32,000 bases of DNA, taken from positions 480,001-512,000 of the forward strand of contig NZ_JBHSTI010000008.1 of NCBI RefSeq assembly GCF_042660085.1. The letters are read 5' to 3'. Within the stretch, counting starts at the first letter, position 1, and each line of letters opens with the position of its first letter. Origin of the DNA: Longivirga aurantiaca (GTDB taxonomy: Bacteria > Actinomycetota > Actinomycetes > S36-B12 > CAIYMF01). The position numbers and the translations under genes are program-made. The notes below the pieces were generated by a model, which was not told where the DNA came from, did not search any database, and saw nothing but the letters and a program-made list of their open reading frames with translations. Positions 17,792-27,026 of this stretch are shown here, one piece after another.

Positions 17792-20293
17792 GTGACTGAG
17801 CCGGTGTCCCGCGCCCTGCCCGCCCGTGCCCGCATCGTCGTCATCGGGGGAGGCGTCGGCGGCAGCTCGGTGGCCTACCACCTCGCCCTGGCCGGCGAGC
17901 GCGACGTCGTCGTGCTCGACCGCCACGAGCTCACGAGCGGGTCGACGTTCCACTCGGCCGGGCTCGTGGGCCAGCTGAGGTCGGACCCGACGCTGACGGC
18001 GATGAACCGCTACAGCGTCGAGCTCTACCGCTCGCTGCAGGCCGGTGACAACCCGCCAGGCTGGGTCGAGTGCGGCTCGATCCGGCTCGCGTCGTCGAAG
18101 GAGCGGTGGGAGGAGATCTCGCGGCAGGCCGGATGGGCGGCGACGTCGGGCCTCGAGCTCCAGCAGATCTCGGCGTCCGAGGCGCAGGAGCTGTTCCCGC
18201 TCATGGTCACCGACGGGGTCGTGGGCGCGGCGTACCTGCCGACCGACGGCCAGGTCGACCCTTCCCAGCTCACCTACTCGCTCGCGGCCGGTGCCCGTGC
18301 GATGGGCGTGCAGTTCCACACGCACACAAGGGTTCTCGGCATCGACACCGAGGGGGCGGGTCTGCGCAGGCGCGTGACGCGCGTGCGCACGGACAAGGGC
18401 GACGTCGAGTGCGAGCTCGTCGTCGACTGCGGCGGCATGTTCGCCGCCGAGATCGCACGCATGGTCGGCGTACGCGTGCCGATCGTGCCGATGAGCCACC
18501 AGTACGTCGTGACCGAGGCGATGTTCGAGCACCGCGAGACGCCGCTGCCGTCGCTGCGCGACCCGGATCTGCTCGTCTACTACCGCCAGGAGGTCGACGG
18601 CCTGGTCATGGGCGGGTACGAGCGCCAGTCGCTCCCGTGGACCGCGTCGGCCTCCTCGTACGACCGCATCCCGGCCGACTTCAACGGCCGGCTGCTGAGC
18701 CCCGACCACGACCGCTTCGTCGAGATCAGCGAGAACGCCGTGGTGCGCGTGCCCTCCATCGCCGACGTCGGCATCCGCTCGTTCATCAACGGGCCGGAGG
18801 CGTTCACGCCCGACAACGAGTTCTGCCTGGGGCCGACCGACGTCGGCGGCTTCTTCGTCGCGGCCGGCTTCTGCGCGCACGGCATCGCCGGGGCGGGCGG
18901 CATCGGCAAGGTCATGGCCGAGTGGGTGCTCGAGGGCGCGCCGCCGATGGACCTCTGGCACATGGATGTACGCCGGTTCGGCCAGTCGTACCGCTCGCCG
19001 TCGTACACCCTCGCCCGCACGGTCGAGAACTACGAGAGCTACTACGACATCCGCTACCCCGCTCACGAGCGGACCGCGGGCCGGCCGTTGCGCACGTCGC
19101 CGGCGTACTCCTGGCACGCCGCCCACGGGGCGTCGTTCGGCGAGAAGTCCGGCTGGGAGCGCGTGAACCACTACGACCCGAACGCCGTCGACGCCGACGA
19201 GCAGTGGCGTCCCGACGGCTGGGCCGGGCGGCACTGGTCGCCCGCGGTCGTGGCCGAGCACCGCGCGACGCGCGAGGGCGTCGTGATGTTCGACGAGACG
19301 TCGTTCGCCAAGATCGAGGTCAGCGGCCCCGACGCCGCGCGCCTGCTGCAGTGGGTCTGCGACAACGACGTCGCACGCGGCCCGGGCACGGTCACCTACA
19401 CGCAGGCTCTCAACGCCAGCGGCGGCATCGAGTGCGACTTCACCGTGACGCAGCTCGACGCGCAGGTGTTCCTGATCGTCACCGGTACGGCGTTCGCGAA
19501 CCACGACGCCGCCTGGATCCGGACGCAGGCACGGCATCTGGAGGCCGATGTCCGGATCACCGACGTCACCGGGGCCTGGGCCTGCTTCGGGATCTGGGGG
19601 CCGAAGACGCGCGAGGTGCTCGCTGCCCTCACGCCGCAGAGCCTGGAGAACGACGACTTCCCGTTCCTCGCCATGCGCGAGACGACCGTCGGCGACGTGC
19701 CCGTGCGGATGGTTCGGGTGACGTTCGTGGGCGAGCTGGGGTGGGAGCTGTACTGCCCCGCGGAGTACGGCGCGAACCTCTGGCGCACCGTGTGGGAGGC
19801 CGGGGGGTCGCACGGGATCGTGGCGGGCGGCTACCGCGCGATCGACTCGCTGCGGCTCGAGAAGGGCTACCGGGTCTGGGGCGCCGACATCGATCCCGCG
19901 CACTCGCCGTACGAGGCCGGTCTCGGCTTCTGCGTGCGGCTCGGCAAGGAGGGCGGGTTCCTCGGGCGCGACGCGCTCGTCGCGCAGAAGGAGGCCGGCG
20001 TGACGCAGCGCCTCGCCTGCCTCGTGCTCGACGGCACCAAGGCGGTGGCGCTCGGCAACGAGCCCGTGCGCCTGCCGGACGGCGACGTGCTCGGGCGCAT
20101 CACGAGCGGCGGCCTGGGCTACTCCCTCGGGGCCTCGATCGCGTTCGTCTACCTGCCCGTGGGGCGCGACGGCGGCACCGACCTCACGGCCGACGGCACG
20201 CGCCTGCAGGTCGGCATCTTCGGGGAGTGGGTCGGCGCAACCGTCCGCACCGACCCGCTCTACGACCCCCGCAGCGAGCGAGTCCGCGCCTGA
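17792..20293 (+). CDS. GcvT-family FAD-dependent oxidoreductase (dimethylglycine/sarcosine dehydrogenase-like)
   Basis: 833 aa; N-terminal ARIVVIGGGVGGSSVAYHLALAGERDVVVLDRHELTSGSTFHSAGLVGQLR, C-terminal GcvT/aminomethyltransferase domain (ALRLEKGYRVWGADID..., GELGWELYCPAEYG). Confidence 0.93.
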   Translation: MTEPVSRALPARARIVVIGGGVGGSSVAYHLALAGERDVVVLDRHELTSGSTFHSAGLVGQLRSDPTLTAMNRYSVELYRSLQAGDNPPGWVECGSIRLASSKERWEEISRQAGWAATSGLELQQISASEAQELFPLMVTDGVVGAAYLPTDGQVDPSQLTYSLAAGARAMGVQFHTHTRVLGIDTEGAGLRRRVTRVRTDKGDVECELVVDCGGMFAAEIARMVGVRVPIVPMSHQYVVTEAMFEHRETPLPSLRDPDLLVYYRQEVDGLVMGGYERQSLPWTASASSYDRIPADFNGRLLSPDHDRFVEISENAVVRVPSIADVGIRSFINGPEAFTPDNEFCLGPTDVGGFFVAAGFCAHGIAGAGGIGKVMAEWVLEGAPPMDLWHMDVRRFGQSYRSPSYTLARTVENYESYYDIRYPAHERTAGRPLRTSPAYSWHAAHGASFGEKSGWERVNHYDPNAVDADEQWRPDGWAGRHWSPAVVAEHRATREGVVMFDETSFAKIEVSGPDAARLLQWVCDNDVARGPGTVTYTQALNASGGIECDFTVTQLDAQVFLIVTGTAFANHDAAWIRTQARHLEADVRITDVTGAWACFGIWGPKTREVLAALTPQSLENDDFPFLAMRETTVGDVPVRMVRVTFVGELGWELYCPAEYGANLWRTVWEAGGSHGIVAGGYRAIDSLRLEKGYRVWGADIDPAHSPYEAGLGFCVRLGKEGGFLGRDALVAQKEAGVTQRLACLVLDGTKAVALGNEPVRLPDGDVLGRITSGGLGYSLGASIAFVYLPVGRDGGTDLTADGTRLQVGIFGEWVGATVRTDPLYDPRSERVRA

Positions 20294-20297
20294 CCGG

Positions 20298-21086
20298 TCA
20301 GGTGAGGGCGCGCAGGGTGGTGGGGGCGTCGGGCGTACGGCGGACGAGGAACGAGACGCGGTCGGGGCGGAACAGATCGCGCGCGTGCTCGACCGCGACG
20401 CCGTCGGCGTCGCGGGCGGTGCGCTCGACCAGCATGAGCGGTGTGCCCACCTCGACACCGAGCGCCGCGGCGCTGTCGAGGTCGGCGAGCGTGGGGGAGA
20501 GGTGCTCGTCGGCCGACACCGGCGGGCGGCCGTAGCGGCTGCGCAGCACGCCGTACATCGACCCGGAGAGCGAGTGGTCGGTGAGGCCGGGGAACAGCCG
20601 GGCGGGGAACCACGAGCACTCCAGCGCAAGCGGTACGCCGTTCGCGGAGCGCACGCGCACGACCTCGTACGCCTGCGCGCGTGCGGCCAGGCCGAGCGAC
20701 GCCGCGACCCCGGCCGCGGGGACCAGCCGACGAGCGGTGAGGACCCGGGCGCCCGCCCTTCGCCCCGCACGTCGTACCTGGTCGGTGAGACCGGACAGGC
20801 GGGTGAGGTCGACCTCGACGCGGGGCTCGGCGATGAATGCGCCGCCCGCGCGTCCGGCGACACGGACGAGCTCGCCGGAGGTCTCGAGCTCGGCAAGGGC
20901 CTGGCGCAGGGTCATCCGGCTCACGCCGAGGATGCCGGCGAGATCGCGCTCACCCGGGAGCCGGCGTCCGGGAAGGAGGTCGCCGCGCGAGATCGCCGCG
21001 CGCAGCCACGCGGCGATCTGCACGTGCATCGGCTCGGAGGAGCCGCGGTCGATCACCAGCGGCGCCAGCGGCAGGTCGGTGGTCAT
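20298..21086 (-). CDS. GntR family regulator, HutC/UTRA type
   Basis: MHVQIAAWLRAAISRGDLLPGRRLPGERDLAGILGVSRMTLRQALAELETSGELVR wHTH plus UTRA-like C terminus (MYGVLRSRYGRPP...LMLVERTARDADGVAVEHARDLFRPDR). Confidence 0.92.
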   Translation of the reverse strand: MTTDLPLAPLVIDRGSSEPMHVQIAAWLRAAISRGDLLPGRRLPGERDLAGILGVSRMTLRQALAELETSGELVRVAGRAGGAFIAEPRVEVDLTRLSGLTDQVRRAGRRAGARVLTARRLVPAAGVAASLGLAARAQAYEVVRVRSANGVPLALECSWFPARLFPGLTDHSLSGSMYGVLRSRYGRPPVSADEHLSPTLADLDSAAALGVEVGTPLMLVERTARDADGVAVEHARDLFRPDRVSFLVRRTPDAPTTLRALT

Positions 21087-21164
21087 GGTCCCCCCGGACG
21101 GACGTGTGTGCCGAGAGAGGGCGGCAGCCGCTGCGGCTGCCGCCCTCTCCTTCTGGTGCAGTGA

Positions 21165-22820
21165 CTAGGCCTTGTCCTCGGGGTGGTGCTTCTGGTGCTC
21201 ACCCGTCAGGTAGCCGTCGTGGTGGTGCTCGAGCGCGATCTCGTCAGCCGAGGTCACACCCTCGGGCAGGTCGATCGTGTTCTTCGGGCCGGTGAACCAC
21301 TTCTTGGCCGAGAGGTGCCAGCCGATCCACAGCGCCAGGAGCGATCCGAACAGCAGGATCGGCGCGTAGTTGACGAACTTCCACTCGAAGGCCTCGTTGC
21401 CCGGAGTGCCTGCCGGGGTGACCGGGAGGATGAAGTAGATCGAGATGATGACGATCTCGAGCACCGCGATCGGTGCCATCCACTTCCACTTGTTCCCGAG
21501 GTTCCACGCGCCCTGCTTGAACTTGTCGCCCATCCGCCACCTCAGGAAGATCGGGATGGCGAAGGCGACGTACAGGCCGATGACCGCGACCGATACGACG
21601 GCGTAGAACGCCGTCGGCACGATGATCGGGGCGTCCGGGGTGCCGATGTTGACCTCGATGAGAGCCGGCAGCGTGATGAGGACGGCGACGATCGAGGAGA
21701 TGATGACCGCGTTGACGGGCACCTTGTTCTTCGACAGCGTCGCCCACCGCGAGGCTCCGGGGACCGCGCCGTCGCGGCTGAACGCGAAGAGCATGCGGGA
21801 CGTGCTGGTCATGCAGGCGACGGAGCAGAAGAACTGCCCGATCGCCGCGATGAAGAGCACGGTGCCGGCCCACTGGCTGCTGAGGGCCTGGTTGAAGATG
21901 ACCGCCACACCGCCACCGCCAGCCGTGACCGCGTCGATGTCCTGGACGGCGAACACGAAGGCGAGGAGCAGCACGTAGCCGCCGATCGCGGAGTAGAAGA
22001 TCGAGCGCCAGATGCCCTTGGCGGCGCCGTCTGCGGCGCCCTGGGTCTCCTCCGAGAGGTGGGCCGAGGCGTCGAACCCGGTGATCGTGTACTGGGTCAG
22101 CAGGAAGCCGAGCGGGAGGACGTAGAACCAGAAGAGCAGGCCGTCCGTCTCGCCGCCGTTGAGGCCGCCGGAGTTGTTGACGCGGGTCGTGAAGACCTCG
22201 TTGACGGACAGGTGCGAGTCCGGCAGGAAGATGAGGATCAGGACGACGACCGCGGCACCGACGACGTGCCACCAGACGGACACGTTGTTGATGAGCGCGA
22301 GCAGCTGGCTCGACAGCGCGTTGACGACGCCGACGAGCAGAAGGACGACCAGGAACATGATGAACACGCGCTGCAGCGAGTAGCCCGCTGCCCACGACTC
22401 GCTCACCGTGCTCAGCGCGAGGTCGATGAAGGTGGCGCAGCCGTAGGCGACCGACGCGATGACCGCGATGAGGCCGATCAGGTTGAGCCAGCCCGTGTAG
22501 TAGCCGGCCTTGGGTCCGCCGAGCTTGGCCGCCCACCAGTAGATGCCGCCCGAGGTCGGGTAGGCCGACACCAGCTCCGACATGCAGAAGCCGATGATGA
22601 GGATGAAGGCCGAGATGACCGGCCAGCCCCAGGAGATGGCGATGGGGCCACCGTTGTTCCACGCGACGCCGAACGTCGTGAAGCAGCCCGCCAGGATCGA
22701 GATGATCGAGAACGAGATGGCGAAGTTGCTGAACCCTGACCAGGTGCGGTTGAGCTCCTGCTTGTAGCCCAGTTCGGCGAGAAGCTTCTCGTCGTCGGTG
22801 AGCTTCGATGTATCAGTCAC
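21165..22820 (-). CDS. APC family amino acid/amine permease
   Basis: 551 aa; FSNFAISFSIISILAGCFTTFG, GGIYWWAAKLGGPKAGYYTGWLNLIG, TGFDASAHLSEET. Confidence 0.93.
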   Translation of the reverse strand: MTDTSKLTDDEKLLAELGYKQELNRTWSGFSNFAISFSIISILAGCFTTFGVAWNNGGPIAISWGWPVISAFILIIGFCMSELVSAYPTSGGIYWWAAKLGGPKAGYYTGWLNLIGLIAVIASVAYGCATFIDLALSTVSESWAAGYSLQRVFIMFLVVLLLVGVVNALSSQLLALINNVSVWWHVVGAAVVVLILIFLPDSHLSVNEVFTTRVNNSGGLNGGETDGLLFWFYVLPLGFLLTQYTITGFDASAHLSEETQGAADGAAKGIWRSIFYSAIGGYVLLLAFVFAVQDIDAVTAGGGGVAVIFNQALSSQWAGTVLFIAAIGQFFCSVACMTSTSRMLFAFSRDGAVPGASRWATLSKNKVPVNAVIISSIVAVLITLPALIEVNIGTPDAPIIVPTAFYAVVSVAVIGLYVAFAIPIFLRWRMGDKFKQGAWNLGNKWKWMAPIAVLEIVIISIYFILPVTPAGTPGNEAFEWKFVNYAPILLFGSLLALWIGWHLSAKKWFTGPKNTIDLPEGVTSADEIALEHHHDGYLTGEHQKHHPEDKA

Positions 22821-22908
22821 GCGTCCCCTCCTTCGGGAACCCCTGTTGTCGGTCGTCGGCGGCGCCGTGACCTTGTTCGGAGTGTGTCCTTCGTGCGCTA
22901 CGGGTGTG

Positions 22909-22936
22909 CCGCGACACGCGCAAGACGGTGTCGCGG
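22909..22936. terminator. stem-loop in the gap between phosphotransferase and permease genes
   Basis: CCGCGACAC-gcgcaagacg-GTGTCGCGG perfect 9-bp stem; could be an attenuator or terminator upstream of the permease gene. Confidence 0.5.
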
Positions 22937-22965
22937 GTCTGCTGGTCTGTCCGGTGGTTGCTCCG

Positions 22966-23895
22966 TCAGGCGGAGGTACGCACCTCCTCCAGCAGGCGGC
23001 CGAAGTCCGGTCCGTCGAACTCCTCCACCGCCCTGTCGTACTTCTCCATCCCCCACGCCCAGAAGTCGAAGTCCAGGTCGCTCGTGCCGTCCTGGATCGA
23101 GGCCCACAGCATCCAGCCGTACTTGCTCATGAGCCCCCACAGGCGCGCCCGGGCCGTCAGCGCGCGGGAGGGCTCTCCGACGTACGCCGTCACCAGCCGC
23201 TCGAGGTCGTCCGGGGTGCCGGTCGCCTCGCTCCAGAGGTTGCCCACCTCGAAGAACGGGTCGTTGTTGCCGGAGTACTCGTAGTCGATGAGCCACACCC
23301 GGTCACCGGTGTCGATGACGTTGGCGGCGAGCAGGTCGTTGTTGCACGGCACCGTCGGCACCGGTCGCACGGCGAGGGCGTCGGCGATCGCCGACGCGTG
23401 GTCGGCGAAGTCGAGGTAGCGGTCGGGGAGGCGGAAGCCGCGCTCCTGGCAGAGGGCGAGGTACTGCGGCTGCAGGCGGAGCATGTCGAAGTCGTTCGCG
23501 AACCGCGGCCCGGCGTGCAGCATGCGCAGCGCCTCGGCCGCACGCGGTGCGTTCTGCGGCTCCAGGACGTCGGACGGTGACCAGGTCGACCCGTCGACGA
23601 AGCGGACGACGAGCACACTGACCTCTGGCGCGAACGCGATCACGTCGGGTGCCGCGCCCGACGCGGCCGCGGCCACGCTGTTGGCGTGCTCGGCGTCCCG
23701 GTCGATCGCCAGCAGGGCGCTCTCGGGGGAGGAGAGGCGGGCCACGAACACACCCTCGGGCGTGGTGACCTTCAGGTTGCGGTTGGTGAGGCCGCCGGAC
23801 AGGTCGGACACCTCCGTGCGGGAGGCGAGCGCGGGCACGGCGTCGAGGCGCGCGAGCATCGCCTCGGTCACCGTGTCGGGCCCGGCGTCGGGCAC
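22966..23895 (-). CDS. phosphotransferase family protein (choline/ethanolamine/aminoglycoside kinase-like)
   Basis: VPTVPCNNDLLAANVIDTGDRVWLIDYEYSGNNDPFFEVGNLW; likely GTG start at 23895 rather than 24006. Confidence 0.88.
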   Translation of the reverse strand: MPDAGPDTVTEAMLARLDAVPALASRTEVSDLSGGLTNRNLKVTTPEGVFVARLSSPESALLAIDRDAEHANSVAAAASGAAPDVIAFAPEVSVLVVRFVDGSTWSPSDVLEPQNAPRAAEALRMLHAGPRFANDFDMLRLQPQYLALCQERGFRLPDRYLDFADHASAIADALAVRPVPTVPCNNDLLAANVIDTGDRVWLIDYEYSGNNDPFFEVGNLWSEATGTPDDLERLVTAYVGEPSRALTARARLWGLMSKYGWMLWASIQDGTSDLDFDFWAWGMEKYDRAVEEFDGPDFGRLLEEVRTSA

Positions 23896-24025
23896 GGATT
23901 CCTCCTCGGGGTCGACCGCTCGTGAGCAGCGGTCGTGTGCGTATCCACCGACGACGCTCGACGCTGAGACTCCGGGGTGGACGGGTCCGGAGCGTAGACC
24001 CGGCACGGCGACGTCCGGGGGGTTT

Positions 24026-24039
24026 TCGGTCTAGACCGA
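24026..24039. promoter_or_regulatory. TCGGTCTAGACCGA operator-like palindrome (site 2)
   Basis: Perfect 14-bp palindrome between divergent transcription units (24116 + and about 23895 -); shares TCGGTCTAGACC with site 1. Confidence 0.7.
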
Positions 24040-24115
24040 TCCAGGTCGGCGTTTCGGGTTCCCGGCAGGCCCCGGACGCGGCAGGGTAGGCACACCCCGT
24101 CCAGGAGGACCACGC

Positions 24116-25501
24116 ATGAGCACCAGCAGCTCGGGCGCCGCCGGCGCACCGCTCTCCCTCGACCAGCTCAAGGCCGAGGTGGCCGACGGCCGCATCGACA
24201 CCGTCATCGTCGGGATCACCGACATGCAGGGCCGCCTTCAGGGCAAGCGCGTGCATGCGCCGTACTTCGTCGAGTACGTGCTCCCGCACGGCACCGAGGG
24301 CTGCAACTACCTGCTCGCCGTCGACGTCGACATGAACACCGTCGAGGGCTACGCGATGTCGAGCTGGACGTCGGGCTACGGCGACTTCGTCATGGCGCAC
24401 GACCTGGCGACCCTGCGCCGTGTGCCGTGGCACCCCGCGACCGCGATGGTGCAGGCCGACGTCCACTGGCTCGACGGGCGCGAGGTGGCGGCGTCGCCGC
24501 GCCAGGTGCTCAAGCGCCAGCTCGCCCGCCTGGCCGACGCCGGCATGGGCGCCTTCGTGGGCACCGAGCTCGAGTTCATCCTGTTCAACGACACGTACGA
24601 GGACGCATGGGCCCGCGGCTACCGCGACATGCACCCGTCGAACCAGTACAACGTCGACTACTCCATCATCGGCACGTCGCGCGTCGAGCCGCTGCTGCGC
24701 CGCATCCGTCTGGCGATGGCCGAGGCCGGGCTGCAGGTCGAGAGCGCCAAGGGCGAGTGCAACTTCGGCCAGCACGAGATCGCGTTCCTCTACGAGGACG
24801 CGCTCACCACGTGCGACAACCACGTCGTCTACAAGACGGCGGCGAAGGAGATCGCGGCCCAGGAGGGCTACGCCCTCACGTTCATGGCGAAGTACAACGA
24901 GCGCGAGGGCAACTCCTGCCACATCCACCTGTCGTTCCGCGGCCTCGACGGCTCGCTCGTGATGTCGGACGAGTCCGACACCGAGCACGGGATGTCCGAC
25001 GTCGGTCGCTCGTTCATCGCAGGTCAGGCGGCGCACCTGCGCGAGCTGTCGCTGCTCTACGCGCCCAACATCAACTCGTACAAGCGCTTCTCGGCAGGCT
25101 CGTTCGCACCGACCTCGATCGAGTGGGGTCGCGACAACCGCACCTGCGCGCTGCGCCTCGTCGGCCGCAAGGCCGGCCTCCGCCTCGAGAACCGCATCCC
25201 GGGCGGCGATGTGAATCCGTACCTCGCCGTCGCCGCGATGATCGCCGCCGGCCTCGACGGGATCGAGAAGGGCCTCGAGCTGAAGCCGGAGTTCACCGGC
25301 AACGCGTACGAGTCCGGCGGCGCGAAGGCGCCGACCTCGCTCGGTGAGGCCGTCGGTCTCTGGTCCGGCTCGGAGTGGGTGGCGGAGACCTTCGGCGAGG
25401 ACGTGCAGGAGCACTACGCCAACATGGGCCGCATCGAGCTCGACGCGTTCGGCCGTGCCATCACCGACTGGGAGCGCTACCGCGGCTTCGAGCGCCTCTA
25501 G
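24116..25501 (+). CDS. glutamine synthetase family protein (gamma-glutamyl-amine ligase-like)
   Basis: 461 aa; FVGTELEFILF, GQHEIAFLYEDALT, NSCHIHLSF, NRTCALRLVG, RLENRIPGGDVNPYLAVAAMIAAGLDGIEKGLE. Confidence 0.92.
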   Translation: MSTSSSGAAGAPLSLDQLKAEVADGRIDTVIVGITDMQGRLQGKRVHAPYFVEYVLPHGTEGCNYLLAVDVDMNTVEGYAMSSWTSGYGDFVMAHDLATLRRVPWHPATAMVQADVHWLDGREVAASPRQVLKRQLARLADAGMGAFVGTELEFILFNDTYEDAWARGYRDMHPSNQYNVDYSIIGTSRVEPLLRRIRLAMAEAGLQVESAKGECNFGQHEIAFLYEDALTTCDNHVVYKTAAKEIAAQEGYALTFMAKYNEREGNSCHIHLSFRGLDGSLVMSDESDTEHGMSDVGRSFIAGQAAHLRELSLLYAPNINSYKRFSAGSFAPTSIEWGRDNRTCALRLVGRKAGLRLENRIPGGDVNPYLAVAAMIAAGLDGIEKGLELKPEFTGNAYESGGAKAPTSLGEAVGLWSGSEWVAETFGEDVQEHYANMGRIELDAFGRAITDWERYRGFERL

Positions 25502-25554
25502 CCGCCGCCCACGATCACGACCCCGCCCATGATCACGACTACGGGTCACCGAGA

Positions 25555-25619
25555 GCAGTTGAACTGCACTCTTTGACCCTGAGGGATGATCAAGGCAGTT
25601 GAACTGCACTCATTGACCC
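25555..25619. promoter_or_regulatory. tandem 25-nt direct repeats each containing GCAGTTGAACTGC
   Basis: GCAGTTGAACTGCACTCTTTGACCC (25555-25579) and GCAGTTGAACTGCACTCATTGACCC (25595-25619), 24/25 identical, 40-bp period, directly upstream of the ALDH start. Confidence 0.8.
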
Positions 25620-25652
25620 GTACTGCTGATCTTGAAAGGGGCGTTGGTCCCG

Positions 25653-27020
25653 GTGACCGCTCTGCACGACGTCATCAGTCCTGTCACCGAGGAGGTCGTG
25701 GCCTCGGTGCCGTCGCTCTCCCTCGAGGAGACCGACGCCGCCATCGCGCGCAGCCGTCGCGCCTTCGAGACCTGGCGGCAGGTGAGCCCCGGCGACCGGG
25801 CCCGGCTGCTGCGCCGCTTCTCGGCCGTCGTCGACGACCACCTCGAGGAGCTCGCGCAGCTCGAGGTGCGCAACTCCGGTCACACGATCGGCAACGCGCG
25901 CTGGGAGGCGGGCAACGTCCGCGACGTGCTCGCCTACTACTCGGGAGCGCCCGAGCGCCTCCTCGGCCACCAGATCCCCGTCGCCGGTGGTGTCGACATC
26001 ACGTTCCACGAGCCGCTGGGCGTCGTCGGCGTGATCGTGCCGTGGAACTTCCCGATGCCGATCGCGGGCTGGGGCTTCGCGCCGGCGCTGGCAGCGGGCA
26101 ACACGGTGGTGCTCAAGCCGGCCGAGCTCACGCCCCTCACGGCGATGCGCATCGGAGAGCTCGCCCTCGAGGCAGGCCTGCCCGAGGACGTGTTCCAGAT
26201 CCTCACGGGCAAGGGCTCCGTCGTGGGCGAGCGGTTCGTGACCCACCCCGACGTCGCCAAGGTGGTGTTCACCGGCTCGACCGAGGTCGGCATCCGGGTC
26301 GCCGAGGGCTGCGCCCGTCAGGTGAAGCCGGTGACCCTCGAGCTCGGCGGCAAGAGCGCGAACGTCATCTTCGCGGACGCCGACCTCGCCAAGGCTGCCG
26401 CGTCCGCGCCGTACGGCGTCTTCGACAACGCCGGCCAGGACTGCTGCGCGCGCTCGCGGATCCTGGTGCAGCGCTCGGTGCTCGACGAGTTCCTCGCCCT
26501 CCTCGAGCCCGCCGTCCTCGGTGTGCGCGTGGAGGACCCGAGCCTCGACACCTCCGAGATGGGCCCGCTCATCAGCCGCGGCCATCACGCCAGCGTCTCG
26601 GCGTACATCACGGACTCGACCAACGTCGTGATCCGCGGGACGGTGCCGGACGGCCCGGGCTTCTGGTTCCCGCCGACCGTGGTCGTCCCCGACTCGCACG
26701 ACGACCCGCTCATGCAGGAGGAGACGTTCGGGCCGATCGTCGCGGTGCTGCCGTTCGACGACGAGGCCGACGCGATCCGCCTCGCGAACGACTCTCCGTA
26801 CGGGCTCTCGGGCTCGATCTACACGCGCGACCTCGGACGCGCGATGCGCGTCAGCCGCGGCATCGAGAGCGGCAACCTCTCGGTCAACTCGCACTCGTCG
26901 GTCCGCTACTGGACGCCCTTCGGCGGGTTCAAGAAGTCGGGCCTCGGTCGCGAGCTCGGACCGGACGCGCTCCACGCGTTCACCGAGGTCAAGAACGTGT
27001 TCATCTCAACGGAAGGCTGA
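25653..27020 (+). CDS. aldehyde dehydrogenase family protein
   Basis: GVIVPWNFPMPIAGWGFAPALAAGNTVVLKPAELTP, ELGGKSANVIFADADLAKA, NAGQDCCARSRILV; GTG at 25653 preferred over TTG at 25632. Confidence 0.95.
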   Translation: MTALHDVISPVTEEVVASVPSLSLEETDAAIARSRRAFETWRQVSPGDRARLLRRFSAVVDDHLEELAQLEVRNSGHTIGNARWEAGNVRDVLAYYSGAPERLLGHQIPVAGGVDITFHEPLGVVGVIVPWNFPMPIAGWGFAPALAAGNTVVLKPAELTPLTAMRIGELALEAGLPEDVFQILTGKGSVVGERFVTHPDVAKVVFTGSTEVGIRVAEGCARQVKPVTLELGGKSANVIFADADLAKAAASAPYGVFDNAGQDCCARSRILVQRSVLDEFLALLEPAVLGVRVEDPSLDTSEMGPLISRGHHASVSAYITDSTNVVIRGTVPDGPGFWFPPTVVVPDSHDDPLMQEETFGPIVAVLPFDDEADAIRLANDSPYGLSGSIYTRDLGRAMRVSRGIESGNLSVNSHSSVRYWTPFGGFKKSGLGRELGPDALHAFTEVKNVFISTEG

Positions 27021-27026
27021 CCCATC

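Noticed and set aside
17759-20896. 1045-aa minus-strand ORF, and other very long overlapping ORFs (10..2049 +, 2709..4241 -, 21183..22739 +, 23303..25609 -, 25586..27715 +)
   Set aside because: Shadow ORFs of high-GC genes: strongly Arg/Ala/Pro/Gly-biased translations with no domain motifs, fully overlapping well-supported CDSs on another frame.
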